A stretch of 63,264 bases of DNA, the filler included, from Licmophora abbreviata (taxonomy: Eukaryota), in assembly GCA_900291995.1 (NCBI GenBank). It is 11 parts of 11 records of this genome, joined end to end, with 100 filler letters (N's around TTAATTAATTAA, not from the genome) between each part and the next. Parts side by side here need not be neighbours in the genome. Positions count along the whole stretch, not along the records: positions 1 to 13,067 come from OLMU01004415.1; positions 13,168 to 18,703 come from OLMU01004416.1; positions 18,804 to 26,807 come from OLMU01004417.1; 8 more parts are not named here. One strand, 5' to 3'. Under the pieces are notes generated by a model that had not been told where the DNA came from, ran no database searches, and worked only from the letters and a program-made list of their open reading frames with translations. Below are positions 10,901-22,452 of this stretch, one piece after another (within the stretch, counting starts at the first letter, position 1; every line of letters begins with the position of its first letter). The position numbers were made by a program, and so were the translations under genes.

Positions 10901-13469
10901 TGGATACGATGACCAGAATCTTCCTTACCTGGAGTCGGAGGTGATGGACGATTGTCGCAACGAGCCAGAAGTTCAGCTCATGCTGGACCGTGAAGTAGAA
11001 GTTCTGCGCGAAGATCAACGAACACTTCGTGTGGTCATGGCGAACCGAGAGGCGGGCCGCGAAAGCGACGAAAGCTCGTATGCACCAGGAAATATTCGAC
11101 GGGTCATCCACAATGCCCTTCGCCAGTTTCGCATTGACAGGACACAACCATCTGACTTGCACCCTCGCGATGTGATCAAGAAGGTTTCAACACTCCTGGA
11201 TCGTCTTGTCGTTGTCGTTGGGGACGATCCCTTGAGCGTCGAAGCACAGAGCAACGCTACGACCCTTTATCGGATTCTGACTCGCAGTCTTCTGGCGACG
11301 AAACGTGTCTTGAAGGAGTTCCGCTTAAGCGAGGCAGCCTTGAACTGGGTAATTGGAGAAATCGAAACCCGATTCAACCATGCAAAAGTGAACCCCGGAG
11401 AAATGGCTGGCGTTCTTGCTGCTCAGAGTATCGGAGAGCCAGCAACACAGATGACGCTGAACGTAAGTACACATACGCTACCGTGCGAGTCTCGCTTAAC
11501 GTTTGAATGTGTTTCTTAGTCTTCACATATGCTTTTGTGTTCAGACATTCCACTACGCTGGTGTATCCGCTAAGAATGTCACTCTCGGAGTTCCTCGGCT
11601 CAAGGAAATCATTAATGTGGCGAAGAGTCCCAAGACTCCTGGGCTGACTGTCTACCTGCGAGAAGAAGTCAGTGGCGATGCCGATATTGCCAAGCTGGTT
11701 CACTCGACTCTAGAGTACACGGTGCTGGGTGACGTTGTGAAACTTACAGAGATCTATTACGACCCCGACGTCAAGAATACAGTAGTAGCTAAAGACCGCG
11801 AGCTCGTGAAGGTCTACTACGAGCTGAGTGATCTAACGGAAGAAGACTTACGTCGTTTGAGTCCTTGGGTCCTTCGCGTTGAGTTGAACCAAACGGTCTT
11901 CTTCGACAAGAAGATGAAGATGAGCGAGATTGTCCAAGAGATTCAGAATGAGTACGGAAGTGATCTGAATGTTCTTGTTGCGGATGACAATGCTGACGAA
12001 TTGGTTGTCCGCGTCCGCATCGTGAATGACGCCCCTACGAATCCTGCCGCTACGCAGGTCGACGAAAATGGGAACCTTTTGGAGACTGAGGAGCCCGAGG
12101 TCGAAATGGGTCAAGAGGACGACATCTTCTTGAAGCGCCTCGAGAAGAGCATGATGTCAAGCCTCAAGTTACGCGGCGTTGACCATGTCAAAAAAGTGTT
12201 TATGCGCGGAGGCGCGAAGCGGACTGTTTGGGATGACGATGCCGGATTCGTCGTCAAAGATGAATGGGTATTGGAAACGGATGGCACGAACCTCATGGCT
12301 GTCCTTGGCGTGGACTACGTTGACTCGACTCGAACCATTAGCAACGACATCGTCGAGGTTTTCATCGTCCTTGGAATCGAGGGTGTTCGCGGAGCTATTC
12401 TCAGCGAATTGCGCAATGTGATAAGTTTCGATGGTTCGTACGTGAACTATCGCCACTTGGCCTGTCTCGTGGATGTGATGACCATGCAGGGCCATCTAAT
12501 GGCGATCGACCGCCACGGAATCAACCGTGTCGAGTCTGGACCTTTGTTGCGCTGCTCTTTTGAAGAGACAGTAGACATGTTGATGGATGCCGCCGTCTAT
12601 GCGGAGGAGGAAATTCTCAAAGGTGTGACGGAGAACATCATGATGGGACAGCTCGCGCGGGTGGGTACGGGCGACATGGAGCTACTCCTTGATGAGCAAA
12701 AAGTGGTCCGCGACGCTGTTGAAGTGGTCGCTGACGATTTTGGCATGGGGCGTGACTTTGGCATGGTAGGCTCGAGTGGAGTGGGGGCGCAGACCCCGTA
12801 TGCTACCACGCCCTTTTCCGCGAGTCCCATGCTTGGCTCCGGCGGTGAAATGTCACCATTCGTGGACGGCGGAGCGGCCTTCAGTCCTGCGGTGGGTGGA
12901 GCGAGCTTCTCTCCGGCCTACAGCCCTTCCAGTGGAAGCTATGGCTCGGGCTTTGCGAGTGGAAGCTACGGTAGCGACTCTGATGGCATGTCATCTCCGG
13001 CATACTCGGGGGCCAGTCCAAACTATTCACCGAGTTCTCCGCAGTACAGCCCGTCTTCGCCGCAGTANNNNNNNNNNNNNNNNNNNNNNNNNNNNNNNNN
13101 NNNNNNNNNNNTTAATTAATTAANNNNNNNNNNNNNNNNNNNNNNNNNNNNNNNNNNNNNNNNNNNNAGTACAGTCCCTCGAGCCCTCAGTACAGTCCTT
13201 CCAGTCCGGCGTATAGCCCGACGAGCCCTCAGTACAGTCCGTCGAGCCCTCAGTACAGTCCCTCGAGTCCGCAGTATAATCCTGCTTACAACGCCCATTC
13301 GCCAAACTACAGTCCAAGTTCACCAAACTACAGTGCGAGCTCGCCCGCATACTCTCCGACGTCTCCCAACTACAGCCCCACCTCACCGGCATACAGCCCG
13401 TCTTCACCTGCTTACAGCCCTTCTTCACCGACCTACAGCCCCTCGAATGCAGAAGAAAAAGAGGATTAG
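8000..13469 (+). CDS. RPB1: RNA polymerase II largest subunit; exons 8000-8086, 8295-11462, 11545-13469 (gap inside the CTD)
   Basis: NADFDGD active site, [35 protein letters not shown] across intron 2, C-terminal heptad repeats. Confidence 0.98.
13000..13445 (+). repeat. RPB1 CTD heptad-coding tandem repeat (21-nt unit), broken by an assembly gap
   Basis: Translates as [35 protein letters not shown] and related units. Confidence 0.95.
13068..13167. other. Artificial 100-nt scaffold spacer; identical spacers start at 18704, 26808, 32431, 39545, 47265, 49492, 52424, 55077 and 59346
   Basis: 44 N + TTAATTAATTAA (stops in all six frames) + 44 N. Confidence 0.97.
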
Positions 13470-14540
13470 AACTGAGCAAGTTTGAATACGTGCGTGTTTT
13501 CTTCATCAGCGTACACAGCTATGACGGGCGAGGTCGATTAAGTTAGTTTGTTGCTTCATCGGGTTTTCTCTACTCCTCTCTCTAGTTTGCTACTCTTACC
13601 ACTTGGTAGTAGGACAATCAGATAGTAGGAATCTGCCAGAACCGGTAAGCTGTATCGGTAGAGCGACTCTAGGTCTGCTTAGCTCTACCGGTCGGTATCA
13701 GGTATGATGGAAACTAGTCGAAGCAATCACGGCCGCCGCGCGAAAGAGTGCCGACTGTGCGGCGGGTCCAAGCACGGCAAGCTCCACATGCTTGTCGGTA
13801 TGATACAAAGTGTAATTTGTAATTTGTAATTTTGAATTTTGAGCGCCGCACAGCACAAACCATTCACTATCTAGCGCTCTGTTTGAATACCTGGTATTGC
13901 GGACTGTCATTATAAAAAAGAGGACGACCGTGAGCGCTACGAATTTATGCTTGATTCATGTGGCATTTAGATGCCGGTGGGATGGCCGGCTCAGTGTGCC
14001 AGATGCTCCCTGAAGTGACGTGGTGCTGTTTTCGCGTACGTTGGATTCTGCGCCCGAAGTCCCAAACGTACGCGACAGGGAATATGTCGCATCTCTGTCG
14101 CATTCGGTTTGCACTCCCCAGCGGAATTGTGAGCCCTATCGACTCCAAGAACTGCTTGAGACACAGGGTCGCGCTATTTTTTCGGTGGATTAACGAGGGT
14201 TTGAAAACTTTGCGCTGGGAATTTTCAATATTGGTGCCAAAACAAGCTGGTTCTTCCTGTTCTTCCCACCACGTGTGCTCCACATCATCGTCACCCGATC
14301 ACATTTTCCTGCTTGTCACAACCCGCCACCCACGCATCTTCTGCAATCTGTCATACTGACCAGCTGGTCCATTAACATTGACTCCTTCAAATCCTATCAA
14401 ACTGTAGATGAGCACACAAAGAGCTGCTTCATCACAACGCACGCGAAGAGGTTTACTACGCAATTGACTCGATCGCCCGGAAACGAAAGCGAGAGCAATA
14501 AGAGGCATCTAGTCTTTTGGCATTTGACTTGGCAGTTTCG

Positions 14541-16020
14541 ATGCCCCAGGTCCTTGACAGCTTGACGGTGCGTACGATGACAATGGACTCTGAAAATCAC
14601 AACCAGGAGTCGAGCACACCAGCCCCTGCGACAGCAGCCTTGAGGTTTATGCAACAATCAGGCTGGTTGACGAACTTCACCTCGTCTGCTCCTCACGGCG
14701 ATACTGAAGAGGGGCATCCGGAGGCGCTCCCAATCACGGTGACAGCAACCTCGGAGCTCAGCAACCCCTTGGGACTGAACTCGAATGTGCACAATCATAG
14801 AACCGGGGAAGTCCGACCATCGAAGCAACTGCACCCTCCAGGAGTAGGCGTCAAGCGATCGAGCGGACTGTTGACCGTTCCTACAAAACTGGCATGTTCC
14901 GGTGGAGGCATCACCTTGGGGTCTGTTGCAGTACCATGGCCAACGCCTGGAGGGAAGAACCTCTCGACGACTGCAGGGGGATACTCTGCGGCAAGCCGCG
15001 CGACAGTTCACGGGATGAAGCATTCTACAGGGAACGACTCGCAGAAGACCGTGCATGGACTCTCTGGGAAACGGGTCAGCAGTGAGCCGATTGTCAGTCT
15101 CACGACATCGTCGACCAAGCCTTGCGCCAAGTACAAGTACAGAAAGGTCATTGGTGGAAAGATTCCAAGAAGCATATCAATGGTACGATTGTCTTGGCTG
15201 TGGGTGGATCGGATCAATGTCTTCTTGTACGAAAGGCTAACTTGCGCTCTCTCTCACGTTGCAGAGTCTTCCTACCGAGATGTCTCCCCAACTGATGCTT
15301 GACAAGATGATTCAAGCACGCGGCTACAGCACCCAAAATTTCTGTAGCCTCGAAGGGGCTTATTACTGCAAACCCACTCCACTACAGATTGCCAGCTATG
15401 GCCTTAAAACTGTTCATTCTGTTCGAAGTTCCGACGGGGAGACTCTCAGTCGCATGTTGGACCTGGGGCTAAGTCCCAACCCTTGCAACACGTTTGGGGA
15501 ATCGATCGTTCACATGGTGTGTCGACGAGCAGACACGAAGCTTCTCAAGATTCTTCTGGACAGGGGTTGTTCGCTGCAAGTCACAGACGACTTTGGCCGA
15601 ACACCTCTGCACGATGCCTGTTGGACGGCGCAGCCCAACTTTGAACTGGTGGATCTCCTTTTGGAGGCAGATGAACGTCTCCTCCACATTGTTGACTGTC
15701 GAGGCTCCTCCCCACTATCTTACGTCAAGAAGGATCATTGGAAACAATGGATTGAGTTCTTCCAAGCGAGGGTTGACCGGTACTGGTCACCAAGAGATGT
15801 CACGAAGGACGGAGGAGAAGGACCGCCAGCTCTGGTCGGCGAACCTCCGCACTCGAGGCCTATCCCTGACCCACAGAACGCCGCAACAATTGAACAAGCT
15901 AGTCTCATATCATCTGGGAAGCTCAACGTACACGATGCATTGCGTCAACGGACAATAAGATCCGCCAAGTCGACAGGGGAGGAAGTTCGTGTCCCAATGG
16001 CAGCTCCTGCTGCCTGCTAG
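14541..16020 (+). CDS. Ankyrin-repeat protein with low-complexity N-terminus; intron 15183-15264; start uncertain
   Basis: FGESIVHMVCRR, DDFGRTPLHDACW, DCRGSSPLSY ankyrin repeats; in-frame GT-AG splice. Confidence 0.8.
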
Positions 16021-16557
16021 ACGCGGAAAGCATACGTCCCAGTGGGATTTTTGGAATCAGAGGTAGCCTGCTGCTATTACTATAAGATGTCTCATAGAAA
16101 GCAACACATTGCTGTGTTCGTACTCTGGCTTAGTTTACTACTCGTAGTAGGAACCTACCAGGCACTGTGCCTGTGCAACAAAATGCTGGAGCGTTGTATG
16201 TACGTCGTCGGCGCAGGAAAGATGATCTTACTCAAAGGACCTCGTTTCTTGTATTACTCTTATCAGAATTCATCTTGAATTTTAAACAATCATTGTTAAG
16301 AGAGAGACGCCGACGGAAGATAGAAGACCACCTCAGCAGCACCTTTCTTCTTTTCGTACATTCTCTTGTGACCGACAGTGCAGCACCGGTACATAAGAAG
16401 CGCAAGATCTAACCACCTTTCAGACGTCTGTTCGAGGCACCTGAATTAAATTTTGTTGACTTTTGAGACCTCTCGTGCCTCGTGCCACCTTCGAAAGCCA
16501 AGCGCTCGCTTTGTCCCATCCCGTGTGCTACAGTGAATTCACTGTACTAGTTTCCTC

Positions 16558-17214
16558 ATGCTTTTCCCGGCCCCATTGGTCAGACTAGCCGGCACGACGG
16601 CGCCGTTGGCTTCAATGATTGTCTTTGCAGCCCCTCTGCCGACTGTGCTTCAGGTTTCGCGAGATCGAGACGTGGGAACGCTCCCTCTCCTTCCCTATTC
16701 TTGCACGGTCGCCTCAGCCTTTGTTTGGTCCACATACGGCATTCTACGACGAGAACCAAAAATATGGTTCACCAATGTAGTTGGACTTGGCATGGCGCTC
16801 TATTTCTTCTTCCAGTTTACCAAGTTTGCCCCCAAAGAGTCGTCGACGTTACCTGGATCGGTTGTGCAGCATTTGCAGAGCGTTCTGGCAATCATGGTGG
16901 GAACTCTTATGGCGGCGATAGCATTCCCGCCCAACACCGTTGGAACAATGGGCGTCATTCTGTGTATAGCCATGTTCGCTAGTCCACTGGCTGCACTGAA
17001 AACAGTGCTACAGACAAAGTCCGCCAGATCGATTCCACTTCCCTTCACCATAGCCGCCATCACTAACTGCTTCCTGTGGTCGATCGTGGGAGTGAACATG
17101 AACGACTTTAACATTGTCCTTCCGAACACCTTGGGCTTAGGTTCAGGATTGGTCCAGTTCTTCCTCAAGATGCTATATCGAAACGCTAGCGGCGAAGTGG
17201 CGATCGCCATGTAG
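16558..17214 (+). CDS. SWEET (MtN3/saliva) sugar transporter
   Basis: Seven TM segments; FAAPLPT..LPLLPY..WSTYG and MFASPL..VLQTKSARSIPLPF..PNTLGL. Confidence 0.92.
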   Translation: MLFPAPLVRLAGTTAPLASMIVFAAPLPTVLQVSRDRDVGTLPLLPYSCTVASAFVWSTYGILRREPKIWFTNVVGLGMALYFFFQFTKFAPKESSTLPGSVVQHLQSVLAIMVGTLMAAIAFPPNTVGTMGVILCIAMFASPLAALKTVLQTKSARSIPLPFTIAAITNCFLWSIVGVNMNDFNIVLPNTLGLGSGLVQFFLKMLYRNASGEVAIAM

Positions 17215-17346
17215 CCGTGATACCGATCTCGAACGGGGCCGCTAAGCTACCATGTACTTCAGATTTTGGTATCCCGTCGTGCATCCGGTGGTGGCTTCTC
17301 CGCACTTGTACAAGGCGACACCTTTAAATTTGCTATTATAGCTTTT

Positions 17347-18432
17347 CTACAACTTTTGCTGCTGCTTGACCACCGCAACACGATCCTTCACGGCTTGTGC
17401 CACAAAGGACCCAACAAAGAATGCCGGCCACCACTGGTGGATGGCTCCCTCGGAGCCAGCCGCCACGGCAAACAGCGCTGGTCCCGGGCACAATCCGGCG
17501 ACGCCCCATCCGACGCCAAATAAAATAGAACCTACAATCAACATGGAATCAATCTTCGTGTTGGTGGGCACCCCATCAAAAGTCACGTTCGGTTCGCTAT
17601 TGCGACGAGCCAGAGGTGCTTTGACAATCGAACAGGAATTCCCCAGACAAAACAGGTTCGTATGACCCGAAATGTAGTATGCCAAGGCACTAACGATAAC
17701 ACCACCACCCATGACGGCCATGAGCGTGGGGTCGTAGGCACCGGTGGCGATCAAGGAGAGGTCCAGAAATCCTCTTACTTTGGCGACACTGACCATTTGC
17801 GAAATTGCCAGTCCCAACGAAAAAATCGACCCAGACAGCGTGGCGCCCGCCAATTTCGACCAATTTACCATGCGCTGCAATTCTTCCTTCTCCCCACTGA
17901 CTCTGACGGGCCACATGGCTCGGAGAAAGAACCACGCGGTTAAAAGGTAACCAAAGAGTGGAAAGAAAGACGGTTTCTCCGTAGTTTGGGCAAACTCAAG
18001 TCCAAGGTAGGAAATGACAAAAACGGAGGCGACTGCTGATGCCATGAAGACCAGGACGGCTGCGAAAGACCGTTTACTGAGTCGTGCGAGGCCGCAGATT
18101 CCATGGCCTGAGGTGCAGCCATTGCCAAGCTTGGTCCCCATGCCGACCAAAAGGCCCCCGAGGAGCTGTCCAAGCGGTGACACAGTTCGTATATCCCCAA
18201 GGTTGAGAATCGGAATGACAGCAGACTCTTGTGCCACAAGCAGCTGTGCTGTCGCGAGAAAAGAGGCTAAAAATGCCAACTTCCATTGCTGGACGGAGGT
18301 GCCAGGTAGAAAAGTCGAATGCACAATACCGCTCGCTCCCATGATGTCTCCGTTCAAAAGAAGCAGCATGGAAGCGGAAAGGCCAATCAAAGCCCCACCG
18401 CAAAGTCCAGATAGAGGTGTGAAGAGTTCCAT
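17347..18432 (-). CDS. YeeE/YedE-family (sulfur-compound transport) membrane protein, two fused halves
   Basis: GGALIGLSA..NGDIMGASGI, GTKLGNGCTSGHGICG, KVRGFLD..YDPTL, FGVGWGVAGLCPGP. Confidence 0.88.
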   Translation of the reverse strand: MELFTPLSGLCGGALIGLSASMLLLLNGDIMGASGIVHSTFLPGTSVQQWKLAFLASFLATAQLLVAQESAVIPILNLGDIRTVSPLGQLLGGLLVGMGTKLGNGCTSGHGICGLARLSKRSFAAVLVFMASAVASVFVISYLGLEFAQTTEKPSFFPLFGYLLTAWFFLRAMWPVRVSGEKEELQRMVNWSKLAGATLSGSIFSLGLAISQMVSVAKVRGFLDLSLIATGAYDPTLMAVMGGGVIVSALAYYISGHTNLFCLGNSCSIVKAPLARRNSEPNVTFDGVPTNTKIDSMLIVGSILFGVGWGVAGLCPGPALFAVAAGSEGAIHQWWPAFFVGSFVAQAVKDRVAVVKQQQKL

Positions 18433-18928
18433 CTTGTGTAGTGAATGTGAATAGAAATGAGGAGGCCGTGCGTTCAAAAGAGAGACGATGTGGTCGATGT
18501 CGCTATCCTGTCCGACTAGCCTCTGCCCCATGCCGTCTTAGTCTTCTGGAAGTGAAAAAGTGGATGGCCTCGAAAAAACTCCGAAGGCCTTTTCCAAATC
18601 GCCAACAGTGCCACGTCACACTGTCTATGTGGTATTTGTCCGATGGACAGATTGGTGACTTCCACGATATCATTCAGGCCCAACGCAAAACAGTCATTTG
18701 ACANNNNNNNNNNNNNNNNNNNNNNNNNNNNNNNNNNNNNNNNNNNNTTAATTAATTAANNNNNNNNNNNNNNNNNNNNNNNNNNNNNNNNNNNNNNNNN
18801 NNNCGAATCATCATCACGAGGAGTCAGGTCATCAATCTATTTCATGCACTATACTGTGCTCTTAGCCACAAACTCGTCCGAGACCAAGTCAACGTCTCAT
18901 CACATTAGAAGCGCCACCCTTGAACAGG

Positions 18929-19936
18929 ATGAATCACATGTCCAACAGCGCGACACGATCGACGGAACGTCAATACGTCGGTCACCGATTCTTACTGACG
19001 CGTTCGACCCGTCGAAATATGCCCGACTACGACGACGATGCCTCAACGCTTGCATCTGTCGATACGTCCTTTGTGCGAAACTTAATTGACTCTACTGATA
19101 AGAAGTTTGTTGATCGTCTCATCGCATCAGATGCTGCAAAAGGAAGTGGAGACTATGACGACGATATCGATGAACAAGCAACACCAAAATCTGAAAAGCG
19201 ATGGTGGCTACCAAAAAAGTGCGGGCATGTCATTTGTGGCATGGCACTTATGTACGTGCTATTAGCCTTGTGGGAGTACAAGCGAACAAAAGGGTGGTGG
19301 GATTTGTACGAAAGCCAGTTAGACACGAGCATGTATACGAGAACCATGGAGCAAGCCAAAGTGCCTCCCGCCTTGAGAGGACGGAACTACGACGCAGTCC
19401 TTAGGGACCCGACAAGCTTGTACGATCCTCTCGCGCCAGACATTTCAGGTCTAGCATCTTCAACCGTCGATTCAAATCCACTGGAGAAGAGTTCCGTATA
19501 CCTTCCAGGTCATACCGTTGCCGGCTCCATGGGCGAAGCCTCTATATCGGGACAGCAGAGATCAGACTATGCTCGTCACGTGGCGAATAACCAAGAGGTC
19601 TCTACTCGGAGGACACAACACGACTCGCTTTGGCACGAGGCCAACGCTCGAGCACAAGTAAAGACGTTGCAGTCATCGGCGAGTCAAACTGCACCACAAC
19701 AGCTGTCGACGAGCCAATATCGACCAGAACAGCCGACAGAGGTCTACACGCAACCGCAAGGCGTTGCCCGTATGATGCCACCACCATCTTTGTCCTATCG
19801 TGGACAGTCGCGACAGTCATTACTATCTCAAACTCAACAGGTGGGAACTGTCACGTCACCGAAACTTTCTGAGGTCTTGAACACAGCAGGTAGGAGTCCA
19901 CAAGAGCCCAGATACATAGAGTCAAGACTTGGGTAG
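18929..19936 (+). CDS. Hypothetical type II membrane protein
   Basis: About 335-aa ORF with an acidic N-terminus, one TM segment (GHVICGMALMYVLLALW) and a Q/S/P-rich tail. Confidence 0.6.
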   Translation: MNHMSNSATRSTERQYVGHRFLLTRSTRRNMPDYDDDASTLASVDTSFVRNLIDSTDKKFVDRLIASDAAKGSGDYDDDIDEQATPKSEKRWWLPKKCGHVICGMALMYVLLALWEYKRTKGWWDLYESQLDTSMYTRTMEQAKVPPALRGRNYDAVLRDPTSLYDPLAPDISGLASSTVDSNPLEKSSVYLPGHTVAGSMGEASISGQQRSDYARHVANNQEVSTRRTQHDSLWHEANARAQVKTLQSSASQTAPQQLSTSQYRPEQPTEVYTQPQGVARMMPPPSLSYRGQSRQSLLSQTQQVGTVTSPKLSEVLNTAGRSPQEPRYIESRLG

Positions 19937-20518
19937 AAAAGGGAGCTCTCTTGGAAACGACACAAGGAGTCACAAAAGAGGTGGACTCATGATCGATCCC
20001 AAGACTCTGGTACCAGAAACGATAAAAAGAGGCCGATTTGGTATCGTTAGGTGGCATGAAGGGCAGGCTGTACGATTACATTACCACTACCAGGTAAACG
20101 TAATCTCTCGTGGTATCCACCGCGGCCGAGTGCACCTTACTTCGTTCACTTCAACGGAAGACTTGTTGATAGAGTACAAGCTAAGATGAGTTGGTCTCGT
20201 TAATAAAATTCTTTCATGCAGAATGCTCATAGATTTGTACGGAAACACATAGTTAGGGCTTCCCATACACTTCGTGCCTTGAACTAGAATGGTCTTTGTG
20301 AGCTGAGATTTGATACGTCGCAAGGCGTTTTCAATGACCATCGAGAGACGAAAGTCATCACTACCCAGTGTGCGATGTCCGAAGTTCAATATATGTGTTA
20401 CACTTCAGCTTCAATTCCAGAAACGCTGAGTAGTACGGGAGTCGGTCATTCTTCCTTGTCAAAACACCCAAAAAGCGCTCTCTGGTCATAATATTTTTTC
20501 GAAACCAGAACCTTGACC

Positions 20519-22342
20519 ATGTCCTCCAGCAGCCGACATCGACGTACCGGTCGCCGCCGCCAAGCAGCAGCGGTCGACGACATTGTTTCATGCCCGTCAG
20601 CTATCGATACGAGAAGAGCACCACAACCCTTCTCTCCCGAAGCAATCTTGAAGACGGTGCTTGATGACGAGGATGACAATACCGTCACCACTGAGTACAC
20701 ACAGTTTTCTAAGTTCTCCCAGCAGGTCTATTCCGGCGTCCGCCACCGCACAGGTGTCGGCCACATTATTGCTGGGTTCGCCCTATTTGTCCTATTGACC
20801 GTCTCCCATCACCAATGGAATACCGAGCAAGAAGCTTCACAGGCTGCCGCCGTCATGAAAGAGCTCGAAGAAGCCAAGCAGCATCAGCGGGAAAGCGCCA
20901 GGGATATGGCGAGCATCACGTCCGCGTGGGAGCAACGTGAATTATCAACAACACCGATGAAGGAGATAGCTATGGGGCTACGTGGATCGGCCAGTGGTAC
21001 TCGCGGTGCTTTAGAGAACAAGCCGAGAGCAGTTCTTCCTCGCAAACCATCTGGAGCCGACAAGGTAGCATCGAATCCTCAGGTGAATACTATGCAGAGT
21101 CGCTCGGTAGTGAAGAACACGGTCAAAGAGGATCCGTCCACCTCAGCCCTGTTGCAGGGCGTTCCACCGGTGAATAGTGAGAAGCCCGTTTCCGCAGCAC
21201 CCGCCGCCGTCATTGTCGAGGGTCCCGAAGTTAGCGTTGTCGCGACGACACCCGCTACCCCGACAGTCGAGAAAGCCGTCGTGTCCGACGAGAAAATTCC
21301 TGAAAAGTTACCCCAGACTCATCCCAAGCATCAGGAACTTGACTCTGTAGTGCCAGAAAGTCACGGTTCCGAGCAGAAATCTCCAGCCACGATCACAAGC
21401 GAAACGCTCACTGTCGCTGTCCCGCTCTCAAAGCCAAAAAGTTCGCTTGATCCAAAGGAGCACGAGCAAGCTCCAAAAGAGGCCATCAAGGAAGTGGAGC
21501 CTGAGAAGTCGAAAGCGACCGTCTCGGCGACGGTCGCAGTGAAAGAAGCTGTGTCGCAACAGCAGAATCAAGCATCATTGGCGCACCACAGCCCGGCAAA
21601 GCACATTCCATCGGTCGAAGAAAAAGTCGAGACGCTTCGAGAGCCAGCCGTCGTATCCGAGGTGAAGGAGGACGTTTCACCCACAGAACCAAAAGAAAAA
21701 GAACAGAGCAAGGAAGGGGCGGTAGCGGTCTCCATCACACCCCCGAGCGAGAGTACGAAGGAAATGATCAATAAACCGCTAGACTCAACGCGAGCCATTG
21801 TCCCAGCTCGGGAGCAAACAGCATCTACTCCGAAGGAAGTGCAGCTGGAGGATGCCTCCACAACAGTCACGAAGGCACCAGAAACACTCATCACTGAGCC
21901 GGCGCCAACACACGAAAATGAGCCGAAGCTGGTGGCACACGTTGACATCGTCGCAGCTACACCGGCTGTAGTTTCTGCTGCTCCAGAGACGAAGGACAAA
22001 GCTCCAGTCCCAACCAGTGTTCCTTCACCAAAGAACGAAGAGACCCCAGTGTCTAGCGAAGGCAAGCCTGCTGTTCAACCAGAAAAGCAATCGCAACCCC
22101 CACCAACTGAACAGGCGCCAGCCAAGGTTCAGGAGCCAATCAGCTCAGAACAGACCCATTCTGTGTCGGGACCAGAGCCCCCTGCATCCTTAGTTTCCGT
22201 CAATGAGTCAAAGCAGAACGACCCCTGCACCACTACGTTCAACACAATTTCGGCCGATGGGGCCCGGATGGTGGCTGTTTTGTCACTACCAGGATGCAAG
22301 GGAGAGCAAGCGGCAGAGAAAAGTCCGACGGCGCTTGCGTAA
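20519..22342 (+). CDS. Hypothetical type II membrane protein with long P/E/K/T/S-rich stalk
   Basis: About 607-aa ORF, one TM segment (GHIIAGFALFVLLTV), a short predicted coiled coil and a low-complexity remainder. Confidence 0.7.
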   Translation: MSSSSRHRRTGRRRQAAAVDDIVSCPSAIDTRRAPQPFSPEAILKTVLDDEDDNTVTTEYTQFSKFSQQVYSGVRHRTGVGHIIAGFALFVLLTVSHHQWNTEQEASQAAAVMKELEEAKQHQRESARDMASITSAWEQRELSTTPMKEIAMGLRGSASGTRGALENKPRAVLPRKPSGADKVASNPQVNTMQSRSVVKNTVKEDPSTSALLQGVPPVNSEKPVSAAPAAVIVEGPEVSVVATTPATPTVEKAVVSDEKIPEKLPQTHPKHQELDSVVPESHGSEQKSPATITSETLTVAVPLSKPKSSLDPKEHEQAPKEAIKEVEPEKSKATVSATVAVKEAVSQQQNQASLAHHSPAKHIPSVEEKVETLREPAVVSEVKEDVSPTEPKEKEQSKEGAVAVSITPPSESTKEMINKPLDSTRAIVPAREQTASTPKEVQLEDASTTVTKAPETLITEPAPTHENEPKLVAHVDIVAATPAVVSAAPETKDKAPVPTSVPSPKNEETPVSSEGKPAVQPEKQSQPPPTEQAPAKVQEPISSEQTHSVSGPEPPASLVSVNESKQNDPCTTTFNTISADGARMVAVLSLPGCKGEQAAEKSPTALA

Positions 22343-22452
22343 CTCAACATGACATCTTGGCTTGTGCCCGAGTCGAGTTCGGTCAGCACATAGTAAATCA
22401 ACAGTTCATATCATATTTCAAGCTCGTACTAGTAGTTCAAGAGTTCGTTGGG

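Noticed and set aside
13112..13123. Ten identical TTAATTAATTAA palindromes as a repeat family or CRISPR-like element
   Set aside because: Each sits centred between 44-N blocks, so it is an assembly spacer.
13811..13840. TGTAATT tandem microrepeat
   Set aside because: Only three to four degenerate copies in intergenic DNA, with no supporting structure.
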